A DNA stretch of 47,573 bases, from positions 1 through 47,573 of the forward strand of contig CAZDXM010000039.1 of assembly GCA_964509535.1 (NCBI GenBank), in the 5' to 3' direction. The stretch is from an uncultured Thermodesulfovibrio sp. (GTDB taxonomy: Bacteria > Nitrospirota > Thermodesulfovibrionia > Thermodesulfovibrionales > Thermodesulfovibrionaceae). Of the stretch, positions 18,522 to 29,005 are shown piece after piece. A program made the translations under genes and the position numbers. Position 1 is the stretch's first letter. Every line of letters begins with the position of its first letter. Under the pieces are notes generated by a model, which worked only from the letters and a program-made list of their open reading frames with translations, was not told where the DNA came from and ran no database searches.

Positions 18522-18551
18522 TTGACAAAATTCTCCATTTTCGGGTATTTT
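18522..18551 (+). promoter_or_regulatory. sigma70-type promoter for the tRNA-Ile/tRNA-Ala pair
   Basis: TTGACA(18522-18527)-18-TATTTT(18546-18551), upstream of tRNA-Ile. Confidence 0.5.
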
Positions 18552-18563
18552 TAAATTGTTAAT

Positions 18564-18638
<75 letters not shown>

Positions 18639-18646
18639 TAAAGTGT

Positions 18647-18719
18647 GGGGGTGTAGCTCAGTTGGGAGAGCGCCTGCTTTGCACGCAGGAGGTCGTGGGT
18701 TCGAATCCCTTCACCTCCA
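18647..18719 (+). tRNA. tRNA-Ala(TGC)
   Basis: GGGGGTG/CACCTCC acceptor with G3.U70, CCTGC-TT TGC AC-GCAGG, T-loop TTCGAAT. No CCA. Confidence 0.96.
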
Positions 18720-18746
18720 CTTTTATTAGTCCAGGGAAGTCTAATC

Positions 18747-18958
18747 ATGGCCAGTAACCTATATTCGTGCTATTGCAATTCAGTCAAATGAGAATTACTG
18801 ATGATTATGTAAAGGACTTTGGCTGTTCTGACTGTAATTGTGAAAGCCATCTTTATTGGATGAAAAATGAGCCTTTTAATGAGGAAAGATTTATAGAAAG
18901 ATTTATAGATATTATATTGAGATACAGGATAGAAGAAAGATTAAAGGCATTTTTGTAG
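18747..18958 (+). pseudogene. Small Cys-rich ORF split by a 1-nt shift (or two coupled ORFs, 18747-18791 and 18788-18958)
   Basis: MASNLYSCYCNSVK* overlaps (ATGA) MRITDDYVKDFGCSDCNCESH... One extra A in AAA 18786-18788 would fuse them into a 70-aa CxC...CxxCxC protein. Confidence 0.35.
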
Positions 18959-19051
18959 CTGATAATCTACTTTTACACTACCCAGTGCAAAAAATTTATT
19001 GCTTCTAATATGAAGAAAATGTAAAAATAAAAAAACATAAAAAATTGATTA

Positions 19052-19303
19052 ATGGAAAAAGAAGTCAAAGTATATGAAATTGAAGAAAAATGCACATTAA
19101 AACAGAAATTCGGCAAATGCCTAATTCCTTTCCGAGAAGCGAAATTTTGTCTGGACTGTTTCCCAATCCATATACAGCAACAGTGTCCAAACTGTCTTTC
19201 AGAGAAATGTGTGAGATTGATAGAACTGTTTCTGTCTGAGCCAGACCCAACTAATGAGAGAATTAGAGAAGTTATAAAAAAGGAGTTTCTCAAAATACCT
19301 TAA
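19052..19303 (+). CDS. Hypothetical Cys-rich zinc-ribbon-like protein
   Basis: 83 aa with CLDC-x8-CPNC plus three more Cys. Confidence 0.55.
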   Translation: MEKEVKVYEIEEKCTLKQKFGKCLIPFREAKFCLDCFPIHIQQQCPNCLSEKCVRLIELFLSEPDPTNERIREVIKKEFLKIP

Positions 19304-19307
19304 AAAT

Positions 19308-19727
19308 CTACTTCACTACAAGCACAGCACATTTAGCATATTCAACGACTTTTGCGGATACACTACCAATAAGAAACTTTTTTGTCCCATGTTTTCCATG
19401 AGAGCCTGTAACAATGAGATCAACCTTCATTTTATGTGCGGTTTCAAGTATTTTCTCAGCGGGATCTCCTTCTCTTATAAGAAATTTCATCTCAATTGGT
19501 TTTCCCGAAAGGGATTTTCTTATTTTTTCCATATGTTCCTCTGTCTCTCTTTTAAGAACCTCAGTAATTCTCTGTCTGTCTGCATCAGGCAGTTCTGTAA
19601 GATAAAGCTCAGGAACAATAGCAAGTACAGTAAGAGATGAATTCATGCTCAAAGCAATTTCAAGAGCCTTCCTTAATGCCTTGTCTGATGCTTTTGAGCC
19701 ATCATGTGCTACTAAAATTCTCTGCAT
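19308..19727 (-). CDS. Universal stress protein (UspA family)
   Basis: ILVAHDGS, GDPAEKI, DLIVTGSHG, IGSVSAKVV. Confidence 0.93.
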   Translation of the reverse strand: MQRILVAHDGSKASDKALRKALEIALSMNSSLTVLAIVPELYLTELPDADRQRITEVLKRETEEHMEKIRKSLSGKPIEMKFLIREGDPAEKILETAHKMKVDLIVTGSHGKHGTKKFLIGSVSAKVVEYAKCAVLVVK

Positions 19728-19740
19728 TTTACTACCTCCT

Positions 19741-20712
19741 TTATATCTTAATCTTTTTTATTAAATCCCTGTTTTCTTTGAACCACTCAACTGTTTTTTT
19801 AATTCCTTTCTCTATTGAATACTTCGGTGACCATCCTATGTATTGCTTTGCTTCAGTTAAATCAGCCCATGTTGTATGAATATCTGCAGGATGTCTGGAT
19901 TGCCACTGAATTTTTGCTTTTTTCCCAAGTAAGTCCTCAATTAAATTTATTACATAAATGAGCTCAACAGGTCTGTCATTTCCGAGATTTAGAATTTTAT
20001 ATCCATCAAGACTCAAGCATGCCACAGTAGCTTCTGCTATGTCTTCAACATAAGTGAAATCCCTTTTCTGTTTGCCATCACCATAAACAGTTATAGGTTT
20101 GTTTTCATCAATATTTTTTATGAACCTAAAAATACTCATGTCAGGTCTCCCAAAAGGTCCATATACAGTAAAATATCTTGGAATTATTGTGCTTATGCCA
20201 TAAAGATAGTGATAGCTATAGCAGAAAAGCTCAGCAGACTTTTTTGAGGCAGGATACGGAGCAAGAGGTCTGTCTGTATTATCAGACACCCTGAATGGCA
20301 TCTTTTCTGTATCACCATAAACACTTGAAGTTGAAGCAAGAATAAATTTTTTTATATAAAACTCCTTAGCACACTCAAGCAGATTAATCGTGCCTTGGAC
20401 ATTTGTATCAAGATATATCCAGGGATTTTCTACAGATGCCCTTACACCAGCTCTTGCAGCAAGATTTATAATTCCTTCTATTTTGTGAGATTTAAAAATA
20501 TTTCTTAGTGTTTCAAGGTCTTCAATGTCTCCCTTATAAAAAATAAAGTTTTCAAAATCTTTAAGATTAGAAAGTCTTAGTTGCTTAATTTTTGGATCAT
20601 AGTAATCATTTATATTGTCAATCCCTATTACTTTAAAACCTTTTTTGAGAAGCAGTTTAGATGTTGCCCATCCAATAAAGCCAGCACTTCCTGTTACCAG
20701 AATTGTTTGCAT
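19741..20712 (-). CDS. NAD-dependent nucleotide-sugar epimerase (UDP-glucuronate 4-epimerase-like SDR)
   Basis: VTGSAGFIG, LAARAGVR, STSSVYG, YPASK, YFTVYGPFGRPDM. Confidence 0.9.
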   Translation of the reverse strand: MQTILVTGSAGFIGWATSKLLLKKGFKVIGIDNINDYYDPKIKQLRLSNLKDFENFIFYKGDIEDLETLRNIFKSHKIEGIINLAARAGVRASVENPWIYLDTNVQGTINLLECAKEFYIKKFILASTSSVYGDTEKMPFRVSDNTDRPLAPYPASKKSAELFCYSYHYLYGISTIIPRYFTVYGPFGRPDMSIFRFIKNIDENKPITVYGDGKQKRDFTYVEDIAEATVACLSLDGYKILNLGNDRPVELIYVINLIEDLLGKKAKIQWQSRHPADIHTTWADLTEAKQYIGWSPKYSIEKGIKKTVEWFKENRDLIKKIKI

Positions 20713-20736
20713 AGTTTTTTATTTTACCATAAAAAG

Positions 20737-22083
20737 TTATTTTCTTTGTTTGATTTTTATATTTACTGGAGTAAACTTGAAATCAAATGTTTCTCTGAGA
20801 AGTTTTTCAAGAAATTTTATATGATGCTGGCGCACTGCTGATTGATCATTTACAAATATTACAAAAGTAGGTGGTTCTGTACTCACCTGAGTTACATAAT
20901 AAAATCTCAATTCTTTAGCGTCTGAGGACAGTACAACATCTTTCAATTTCAGATTAAAAAGTCTGTTCAGTTCAGAGGTGAGCACTCTTTTTCTGTACTG
21001 TTTCAGAATCTCATCAACAAGTGGAAATATTTTAGTCAACCTCGTTTTTTCCATTGCTGACACAGTCAGATAGGGTGCATAATCAACAAACCATAGTTTA
21101 TGTTTTATTTCATCAGAGAAAAATTTAGCTTTCTTTTCTCTCTCATTATGTGGTATTAAATCCCATTTATTGATTAAAATTATAAGTCCCTTTTTTTGCT
21201 CAGCCACCATCCCGGCAATTCTCTGATCCTGATTTACTATACCCTCTACTGCATCAATAACAAGGGCAGCAACATCTGCTCTCTCAATGCTTCTTAAAGC
21301 TTTAAAATATGCCATTTTTTCAACATAGACTTCCTGTGAAAGCTCTCTTTTATAGTAGGAAAGCCTTTTAATCCCTGCTGTGTCAATAAGTAGATATTTT
21401 CTCCCATAGTAAGTGCATACAGAATCAACCGCATCTCTTGTAGTACCAGGTAGAGGGCTTACGATCATTCTTTTTTTACCGAGAAGAACATTAATGATGG
21501 TTGATTTGCCAACATTTGGGCGACCTATGATAGCTATTTTAGGCATTTGTTCCTTATCTGTCTTTTCTGTCTGAACCTTGGGAATCTTCTCGAGTATTCT
21601 ATTTATAAGCTCTTCAAAGCCATATCCAGTAATTGCAGATACAGGTATTAATTGGTCTGTTCCTATAATGTAAAAATCATAGATTCTGCCGAGCTTTGAA
21701 GAATCATCTATTTTATTTACAACCCAGAGCACCTCCTTACCGGTCTGTCTTAATTTTTTTGCTGTCTCTATATCATCGGGAAGTATTCCCTCCTTTCCAT
21801 CAAGAAGATGAATAATGAGGTCAGCCTCAGATATTGCTATTTCTATCTGTTCAATAATTTGCTGTTGAATTAAGTCCTTTATTTTTTCTTCAGGAAAGAA
21901 ACCTCCTGTGTCAACAACACTAAACTGTTTATCATCCCATCTTGCAACTCCGCAATTTATATCTCTTGTAACCCCTGGAAGTCTGTCAGTTATTGCCTTA
22001 ATTTTGTCTTCAGAGCTAATCATTCTATTGAAAAGGGTTGATTTGCCAACATTTGGTCTTCCCACAATAACTACAGTAAACAT
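20737..22083 (-). CDS. der: Ribosome biogenesis GTPase Der (EngA)
   Basis: Two GRPNVGKS P-loops, DTGG/DTAG, NKID/NKWD, C-terminal KH-like domain. Confidence 0.97.
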   Translation of the reverse strand: MFTVVIVGRPNVGKSTLFNRMISSEDKIKAITDRLPGVTRDINCGVARWDDKQFSVVDTGGFFPEEKIKDLIQQQIIEQIEIAISEADLIIHLLDGKEGILPDDIETAKKLRQTGKEVLWVVNKIDDSSKLGRIYDFYIIGTDQLIPVSAITGYGFEELINRILEKIPKVQTEKTDKEQMPKIAIIGRPNVGKSTIINVLLGKKRMIVSPLPGTTRDAVDSVCTYYGRKYLLIDTAGIKRLSYYKRELSQEVYVEKMAYFKALRSIERADVAALVIDAVEGIVNQDQRIAGMVAEQKKGLIILINKWDLIPHNEREKKAKFFSDEIKHKLWFVDYAPYLTVSAMEKTRLTKIFPLVDEILKQYRKRVLTSELNRLFNLKLKDVVLSSDAKELRFYYVTQVSTEPPTFVIFVNDQSAVRQHHIKFLEKLLRETFDFKFTPVNIKIKQRK

Positions 22084-22090
22084 CTTTCCT

Positions 22091-23461
22091 TCAGGTCTCT
22101 GATTCTTTAGGCAGGATTATTCCGAGAGATTTAATTTTTTTGTAAAGATTGCTCCTTTCAATTCCAATATCTTCTGCTGTTTTTGTCATGTTCCATCTGT
22201 TTTCTTTTAATTTTTTCAGGATAAAATCCCTCTCAAAAGCATCTCTTGCTTCTCTTAATGTCTGGTAAGCAAAATATGTTTTCTCTTTTATTTTTTCTCT
22301 TATTATTCCTGTATTTTCAATATCTGAAATTTTTATTACCTCTGAAACTGTCATAATCATCAACCTTTCTATAGCGTTTCTTAATTCTCTTACATTGCCA
22401 GGCCAATCATAATCCTGAAGAATTTTCATTGCGTCATCTTCTATCCTCTTTTTTCCCCAGCCCTTTTCTCTACTGAATTCATCTATGAAATGATTAACAA
22501 GCTCAGGAATATCATCTTTTCTCTCTCTTAATGGAGGTATGTAAATAGGAACAACATTTAGCCTCCAAAAAAGGTCTTCCCTGAAGTTTCCCTTTTTTAT
22601 TTCATCTGTGATATTTTTGTTCGTTGCAGAAATAATCCTAACATTTACTGTTAAGTTCTTGGTGCCTCCAACTCTCTGAAATTTCTGGGTTTCAATTACT
22701 CTTAGCAGTTTTGCCTGAGTAAGTAAAGACATGTCTCCAATCTCATCAAGAAAAAGAGTCCCTCCATTTGCAAGCTCAAATTTGCCAATTTTTTTCTCCA
22801 CAGCGCCTGTAAATGCTCCTTTCTCATGACCAAATAATTCACTTTCTATAAGTTCCTGAGGAATTGCTGCACAGTTTACCTCAACAAAAGGAGCGTTTCT
22901 TCGTGGACTTAATGAATGAATCATTCTTGCAACAAGTTCTTTACCTGTACCACTTTCACCAAGTATTAAAACCCTTGAATCACCCCTGGCAATCATTTCA
23001 ATCTGGTTTTTAATTTTCTTCATTATTTGAGAACTTCCCACAAGTTCATACTTTTTGAAAATGCTGCTTCTGAGTTTTATATTTTCACTCTCAAGATTTT
23101 TAAACTGCAATGCCCTTTCTGTTGTAAGTATAATTCTTTCAATTGAAAGAGGCTTTTCAAGAAAATCAAAAGCTCCAAGTTTTACTGCCTGAACTGCTAT
23201 CTCAATATTTCCATGCCCAGAAATCATTATCACAGGAATCTGAGAATCTTTATCTTTTATCTTTTTTATTGCTTCAATTCCATTCATGCCTGGAAGCCAT
23301 ACATCAAGAAAAATTAAATCGATTTCTTCTTTTTCAAGAATGTGCAAAGCATCCTCTGCATCCTGAGCTGTAAATGTGCTGTATCCTTCATCCTCAAGAA
23401 TTCCGGATACTGTGTCAAGAATTCCTATCTCGTCATCAACTATTAAAATTTTACCCTTCAA
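22091..23461 (-). CDS. ntrX: Sigma54-dependent response regulator, NtrX-like
   Basis: REC domain (DVWLPG, ISGHG), [24 protein letters not shown], Fis HTH. Confidence 0.88.
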   Translation of the reverse strand: MKGKILIVDDEIGILDTVSGILEDEGYSTFTAQDAEDALHILEKEEIDLIFLDVWLPGMNGIEAIKKIKDKDSQIPVIMISGHGNIEIAVQAVKLGAFDFLEKPLSIERIILTTERALQFKNLESENIKLRSSIFKKYELVGSSQIMKKIKNQIEMIARGDSRVLILGESGTGKELVARMIHSLSPRRNAPFVEVNCAAIPQELIESELFGHEKGAFTGAVEKKIGKFELANGGTLFLDEIGDMSLLTQAKLLRVIETQKFQRVGGTKNLTVNVRIISATNKNITDEIKKGNFREDLFWRLNVVPIYIPPLRERKDDIPELVNHFIDEFSREKGWGKKRIEDDAMKILQDYDWPGNVRELRNAIERLMIMTVSEVIKISDIENTGIIREKIKEKTYFAYQTLREARDAFERDFILKKLKENRWNMTKTAEDIGIERSNLYKKIKSLGIILPKESET

Positions 23462-25455
23462 GCAGGCACCTCTATTCTAAAAATTGTTCCATTTGGCTCA
23501 TTATCCATTACAGAGATTTTTCCACCATGCTCTGTTATAATCTTTCTTGCAATTGCAAGTCCAAGTCCTGTACCCTCCTTATTTCGCGAAAAATATGGCA
23601 AGAATAACTGCTGTTTTGTTTCCTCATCCATGCCAGGTCCTGTGTCAGCAATTTCCACAACAAGATTATTATTTAGCTTAACAGAAACTGTTATCTCACC
23701 CTTAGCATTCATTGCCTTTATAGCATTATCAATTATATTGATAAGAACTCTTTTAAACTCCTGAGGATCTAAAAAAACTGATCTGATTTCACTTTTAACA
23801 GCAAGATTTATCTTTACATCCCAGTATCCTTTATAAAGTTCTATAACATCTTCTATAACATTTAAAGGATTTAGGGATTCTTTTTTTAACTCTGGAAGTT
23901 TGCCAAGTTTCTGAAATGCCTCAATCAGATTTTTAAGGGATTGTACCTCCCTTATTATAGTCTCTGTAGACTTTTCAAATACTCTACTGAAGTCCTCATC
24001 TTTATTTTTCCATTTCTTTATGAGTCTTTCTGTTGCAAGTTTTATAGGTGTGAGAGGATTTTTAATCTCGTGAGCAAGTCTTTTTGCAACCTCTTCCCAT
24101 GCAGCTGACTGCTGTGCCTTCACAATATCTGTAATATCATCAAATATTACAAGAAATCCAGTAGCCCTGTGTTTATCTGATTCTCTGAGAGAGACAATTC
24201 TTGCTTTAATCATTTTGGTTCTTCCTTTTATTTTTATATTTAAATCTTTAGCAATCTCATAAATTCTTTCCTGTGAAAGCCTCATCACAAATTCTTTTAA
24301 TTCATCAGATTCAATAAATTTTAATAGTTCTTCATAATGTCTATTTTCTACTTTATCCTTTGATATCTGAAGTATTTCCTCACCAGCTCTGTTTATTTTT
24401 AAAATTCTACCATCAAAACTCACAAATATAACACCTGATGTTATGTTTGAAAGCATTTTTTCAAGCAGGACATTTCTTTCAGATAAATCCATATAAGCTT
24501 TGTCAAGCTTTTCTATCATCTCATTGAAGGAATTAACAAGTATTCCAATCTCATCAGAACTCTTACTTAGAATTTTAACCTTCAGGTTACCCTCTGCAAC
24601 TCTGTTGGTTGCCTGAACAAGTTCCTTAATTGGGGTTGTTATTTCCTGGGAAATTTTTAATGATGCCCAAAGTGCTAAAAATACAACTATCAAACTTAAA
24701 AAGCCGAGAAACATGAAATAGTTTGATTTTGCAGATTTTCTCAGAGAACCCATTTTAAGAAATTCTTCATGATGAACCTTAAGTTGTTCAACCTTCTTTG
24801 TGATATGAGGAGGAATCCGTGTTTCTGCAACAATAACTCCATTTTTGTAAGGCATAGCAGAAATGATTATATCTGCATCTTTGGTGGAAAGAACCTGAGC
24901 TGATTTCTTTCTATTGAAGGCTTCTTTTACACTTTCAGGCATACCAGTAAATGGTTTTTCTATTTTTTTAATTGTGATCCCTTGAGGAAGTCCTTTAATC
25001 TTTCCTTTTGAATAATCCTCAAGGATGTTGAGCAGATTTTCCTTTTCAAGATCATAAAAAGCTTTAACAGCGCTGGCTGCATTTGAAACGATTTCTCTGT
25101 TAGATTTGGAGAAAATTTTATCTATTGAGCTTTCAAGAACTCCGCTGAAAGCGATAAATAAAAGTATTGATGGTATTAAAACAAGCCCGACAAAAATTGT
25201 TACAATCTTTATCCTGAATCTATAACCTGGCACTTCTCTGTGTTTTTCAAGATAAAGCTTGAAAAGACTTCTTATAACAAAAAATCCAAGTGTAATAATG
25301 GAGATTATATTTATAACAAAAAGTGAAACAATTATAAATCTTGTAGGAATCTGTTCAGGAGGAAGTTTCAAAATGTATATTTCAAAACTCAAGACAACAA
25401 AGAGTAATCCTGAAAGAAAAACAGGGAAAAAATATTTTTTAATTTTTTTCTTCAT
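23458..25455 (-). CDS. ntrY: Membrane sensor histidine kinase, NtrY-like (HAMP-PAS-HisKA-HATPase)
   Basis: AWEEVAKRLAHEIKNPLTPI, DTGPG, GTGLGL. Confidence 0.88.
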   Translation of the reverse strand: MKKKIKKYFFPVFLSGLLFVVLSFEIYILKLPPEQIPTRFIIVSLFVINIISIITLGFFVIRSLFKLYLEKHREVPGYRFRIKIVTIFVGLVLIPSILLFIAFSGVLESSIDKIFSKSNREIVSNAASAVKAFYDLEKENLLNILEDYSKGKIKGLPQGITIKKIEKPFTGMPESVKEAFNRKKSAQVLSTKDADIIISAMPYKNGVIVAETRIPPHITKKVEQLKVHHEEFLKMGSLRKSAKSNYFMFLGFLSLIVVFLALWASLKISQEITTPIKELVQATNRVAEGNLKVKILSKSSDEIGILVNSFNEMIEKLDKAYMDLSERNVLLEKMLSNITSGVIFVSFDGRILKINRAGEEILQISKDKVENRHYEELLKFIESDELKEFVMRLSQERIYEIAKDLNIKIKGRTKMIKARIVSLRESDKHRATGFLVIFDDITDIVKAQQSAAWEEVAKRLAHEIKNPLTPIKLATERLIKKWKNKDEDFSRVFEKSTETIIREVQSLKNLIEAFQKLGKLPELKKESLNPLNVIEDVIELYKGYWDVKINLAVKSEIRSVFLDPQEFKRVLINIIDNAIKAMNAKGEITVSVKLNNNLVVEIADTGPGMDEETKQQLFLPYFSRNKEGTGLGLAIARKIITEHGGKISVMDNEPNGTIFRIEVPA

Positions 25456-26003
25456 GGCAGTTTAAAAATCTCCGATTCTTTAGTTATTTTCTTTTCATAA
25501 GTTGGAATAAAAAACAAAATATGTTCAAGAACCGACGGAAGTTTCTTTATATTTGATTCAACAGTAATCTTTATATAATATTTTCCTTCTTCCAGATTAT
25601 TGATATCCGAGATTTTTACTGTATCAATGTTTAAAGCACAGTTAAGTGCCTGCTGCCAGCTTTTGAATCTTTTTTCTATCACTCTATCTTCATATAATGT
25701 CTTTATAATATATTCATCCTTTATAGGATCAGATATTAGAGTTTTCTGTATAAGGTATCCTTTTATGAACTCATCAGGAATAATTGGCCATCTTCTGAAA
25801 AGTTCTATCAGAATTGAAAGATTTTTCCCCAAACCACTTTTAAAATCTTCAATAAATTCTTGTGATGGTACTATCGTTGCTGTAACTAATAAAGAGTTGC
25901 TGCTTTTTTGAACCTCCATTTTGACATTTTCAATACTGTAAGCAATTGAGGTTGAAATAATTATAAATCCTGCTATCAAAATGCATCTCAAAAACTTTTT
26001 CAT
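25452..26003 (-). CDS. DUF4390-like exported protein
   Basis: Signal peptide and position upstream of ntrY/ntrX, where DUF4390 genes typically lie. Confidence 0.6.
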   Translation of the reverse strand: MKKFLRCILIAGFIIISTSIAYSIENVKMEVQKSSNSLLVTATIVPSQEFIEDFKSGLGKNLSILIELFRRWPIIPDEFIKGYLIQKTLISDPIKDEYIIKTLYEDRVIEKRFKSWQQALNCALNIDTVKISDINNLEEGKYYIKITVESNIKKLPSVLEHILFFIPTYEKKITKESEIFKLP

Positions 26004-26065
26004 CAGTTTTATTATATTATTTTTGCTTTACTTTTTATTAATATTTATGATAAAAACTCCAAGAG

Positions 26066-26989
26066 ATGATGGTTAAAAAATTTTTAATCATTATTTTTTT
26101 AATTTTATTAACACTGGTTTATGCTCAGGATAACAGGAAGATATTTTTAAAATCTGGAAAACATAAGGATTTTTACAGATTTGTTTTTATTTGTGAAAAA
26201 TCTGAGATTACCAACTCAATTAATATAAACTTATTGAATGACGGGAAAATAAAAATATTCTTTCCTGATATTTTTGAGATAGAATATGAAGGAAGGATTT
26301 TAGAAGAAGATGATAGCATAAGGGGGATTAAAACCCTGAAAAAAGATAAAGTGCTTGTTATTGAAACATCAGATATAGAAGAAATAAAAGTAGCAAGATA
26401 TGATTCTCCTTCAAGACTGGTTATAGATGCTTATTTTAAGGAGTCAGTTGAAAGACAGAAAGTTTTAAAATCTTTATCTATACTGATTGATCCAGGACAT
26501 GGAGGTAAAGATACAGGATTTCAAATTAAAGAAAATAAAGAGAAAGATATTGCTCTATATATTGCAAAGACAGTAGCTTCAAGATTAACACAGAAAGGTA
26601 TAAAAGCCTCCCTGACAAGAGCTTCTGATGAGGATTTAACACTCAGCAGAAGGATGAAAATTGAAAATAGCTTGAAACCGTCTTTGTTTCTGAGTATTCA
26701 TCTTTGCAGTTCTGATAATTTTTATATTTATACATCACCAAAAATAAAAAATCCTGACATCATGGTAAATCCCTTTATCAGAAAATTGAAAGAAAAATTT
26801 TCAGAACCAGTTTATACTGAAAAGCTTCCGCTTTTTCTTCTTGAAAAAACAGTTTCGCCTGCTTTAATGATTGAGATACCAAAACGGGCTCTTTTAGATA
26901 AAAACTATACTAATAGAGTTATAGATGTACTGGTTCAGGCAATTATTGAAAAATTTGCATTGGTGGAGGAAAAAGAAAAAAGTGAATAA
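26066..26989 (+). CDS. N-acetylmuramoyl-L-alanine amidase (Amidase_3)
   Basis: Signal peptide, IDPGHGG, EKD, LTR, SIH, PALMIE. Promoter TTGCTT-17-TATGAT upstream. Confidence 0.85.
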   Translation: MMVKKFLIIIFLILLTLVYAQDNRKIFLKSGKHKDFYRFVFICEKSEITNSININLLNDGKIKIFFPDIFEIEYEGRILEEDDSIRGIKTLKKDKVLVIETSDIEEIKVARYDSPSRLVIDAYFKESVERQKVLKSLSILIDPGHGGKDTGFQIKENKEKDIALYIAKTVASRLTQKGIKASLTRASDEDLTLSRRMKIENSLKPSLFLSIHLCSSDNFYIYTSPKIKNPDIMVNPFIRKLKEKFSEPVYTEKLPLFLLEKTVSPALMIEIPKRALLDKNYTNRVIDVLVQAIIEKFALVEEKEKSE

Positions 26990-27470
26990 AAAATTCATTT
27001 TGACTGGATTTATCATATTAATAATCGTTACAGCAATTGGAATTTATTTTTATCTTCAGAAAAACAAAGAAAGTGTTTATTTTTACAAGACTGAAACAAC
27101 ACAGCATATTAAAAATTTTAAAATATATTTACCATCTTCAGCTGGATTAACAACAAAGGAAATATATTTAAAGAGCGAGACGGACTTAAAAAATCTTGAA
27201 AGGCTCATAGAAAACTTTCTCAGAGAACTGCCTTCACCTCAGAAAAATACAAAGATTTTAGGAGTATACAGAGATAAAGAAAATACAGTTTATGTAGATT
27301 TTTCAAAAGATTTCGCCTCTGCACAGGATGCACGCGGAGAATATTTTCTGGTTATAGCATTTTATAAAACACTTGGTGAGAATTTTGAGTGGATAAAAGA
27401 TATAAAAATCTTAGTAGAAAGTAAAGAAATAGAAACAGTTGCTGGACATGTCTCATGTGAAGCCATTTAA
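26982..27470 (+). CDS. GerMN-domain protein
   Basis: N-terminal TM, TKILGV...VYVDFS, IKILVE...ETVAGHV. GTG start at 26982 overlaps the amidase end. Confidence 0.75.
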   Translation: MNKKFILTGFIILIIVTAIGIYFYLQKNKESVYFYKTETTQHIKNFKIYLPSSAGLTTKEIYLKSETDLKNLERLIENFLRELPSPQKNTKILGVYRDKENTVYVDFSKDFASAQDARGEYFLVIAFYKTLGENFEWIKDIKILVESKEIETVAGHVSCEAI

Positions 27471-27489
27471 AGGAGGTTGAAGAGGATTG

Positions 27490-28296
27490 ATGAAAGAAAA
27501 ACCTATAGGTATTTTTGATTCAGGTGTGGGAGGTTTGACTGTTTTAAAAGAAATATCCATTTTATTACCAAATGAGAATCTGCTTTATCTTGGTGATACA
27601 GCAAGGGTTCCTTATGGAATACGCTCCTCTGAGACTGTGATAAGATATTCTCTTGAATGTGCAGGCTTTCTTTACAGAAAGGGAATCAAGATGCTTGTTG
27701 TAGCATGTAACACTTCATCATCTGTCAGTCTCCAGGCTTTAAAAGAAAAATTACCGATTCCTGTTGTTGGTGTTATTGAGCCTGGTGTAAGGGCGGCGCT
27801 AAAAACTACAAAAAATGGGAAAATTGGAATTATAGGTACAGAAGCAACTGTTCAAAGCAAAGCTTATCCAGAAAAGATCAAATCAATAACTCCTTCTGTA
27901 GAGGTTTTCTCAAAGGCTTGTCCATTGTTTGTTCCATTGGTTGAGGAGGGTATCTTTGAAGGACAGATTGTTGACCTTGTAATAGAAAACTATCTAAAAG
28001 AAATGAAACATGCTAATATTGATACACTGATTCTCGGATGCACTCATTATCCACTGCTCAAAAAATCAATTGAAAAATACATGAATGGTGTCCAGCTTGT
28101 TGATTCCGCAAAGGAAGTAGCTTTGAGTGTAAAGGAAGTTCTTCTCAGTAAGGATCTTATAAATGATAAATCACCAAGTGGGCTGAAAACTTTTTATGTA
28201 ACTGATGCTCCGGAAAGATTTAAAAAAATAGGTGAAATTTTTTTAAATTGTGAAATAAATAGTATCTTTAAGGTTTCCTTTGAGGAGGGGATATGA
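27490..28296 (+). CDS. murI: Glutamate racemase
   Basis: [24 protein letters not shown]. Confidence 0.97.
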   Translation: MKEKPIGIFDSGVGGLTVLKEISILLPNENLLYLGDTARVPYGIRSSETVIRYSLECAGFLYRKGIKMLVVACNTSSSVSLQALKEKLPIPVVGVIEPGVRAALKTTKNGKIGIIGTEATVQSKAYPEKIKSITPSVEVFSKACPLFVPLVEEGIFEGQIVDLVIENYLKEMKHANIDTLILGCTHYPLLKKSIEKYMNGVQLVDSAKEVALSVKEVLLSKDLINDKSPSGLKTFYVTDAPERFKKIGEIFLNCEINSIFKVSFEEGI

Positions 28297-29003
28297 GACC
28301 TGATGGCAGAAAGAATGACGAACTGAGACCGATAAGAATCATCAAAGGTTTTATCAAAAATGCTGATGGCTCAGTTTTATTTGAAATCGGAAATACCAGA
28401 GTTGTTTGTACTGCTTCAATAGAAAATAAGGTGCCACAGTTTTTAAAAGACCAGAAAAAAGGATGGATTACAGCTGAATATGGAATGTTACCACGTTCAA
28501 CTCCAACAAGAATGATAAGGGAGTCTACTGCCGGGAGGGTTGGTGGAAGAACACATGAGATTCAAAGACTCATTGGAAGGTCATTGAGAGCTGTTGTTGA
28601 TCTTGAAAAAATTGGAGAAAGAACAATATGGATAGATTGCGATGTAATTGAAGCTGACGGAGGAACAAGAACAGCCTCAATAACTGGTGGATACATTGCA
28701 CTCTGTGAAGCAATTAAAAAAGCCATAAATGCTGGCATAATTGAGGAAGACCCTGTTAAAGACAGCATCGCAGCTGTAAGTGTTGGAATAGTAATTGGAG
28801 AACCAAGACTTGATCTTTGCTATGCTGAAGACTCCCAAGCTGAAGTTGACATGAATGTGGTTATGACAGGTTCTGGAAAGTTTGTTGAACTACAGGGGAC
28901 TGCTGAAATAATCCCATTTTCAAGGGAAAATTTACTTCAGCTTATATCCTTGGCTGAAAAGGGAATAAGGGAGATTATAAGGATTATTAAAACATTTGAG
29001 TAG
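28293..29003 (+). CDS. rph: Ribonuclease PH
   Basis: [40 protein letters not shown]. Confidence 0.97.
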   Translation: MRPDGRKNDELRPIRIIKGFIKNADGSVLFEIGNTRVVCTASIENKVPQFLKDQKKGWITAEYGMLPRSTPTRMIRESTAGRVGGRTHEIQRLIGRSLRAVVDLEKIGERTIWIDCDVIEADGGTRTASITGGYIALCEAIKKAINAGIIEEDPVKDSIAAVSVGIVIGEPRLDLCYAEDSQAEVDMNVVMTGSGKFVELQGTAEIIPFSRENLLQLISLAEKGIREIIRIIKTFE

Positions 29004-29005
29004 GT

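Noticed and set aside
18798-18846. CTGATGA...GAAA hammerhead-like core after tRNA-Ala
   Set aside because: No supporting stems could be formed, and the sequence lies in a plausible ORF.
18973-19293. 106-aa minus-strand ORF
   Set aside because: Antisense to the more protein-like CxxC ORF and rich in Phe from A-tracts.
18964-19319. Imperfect direct repeat AATCTACTTTTACACTAC / AATCTACTTCACTAC flanking the Cys-rich ORF
   Set aside because: Short, gapped and AT-rich, and the second copy is the usp stop region. Not enough to call a target duplication or att site.
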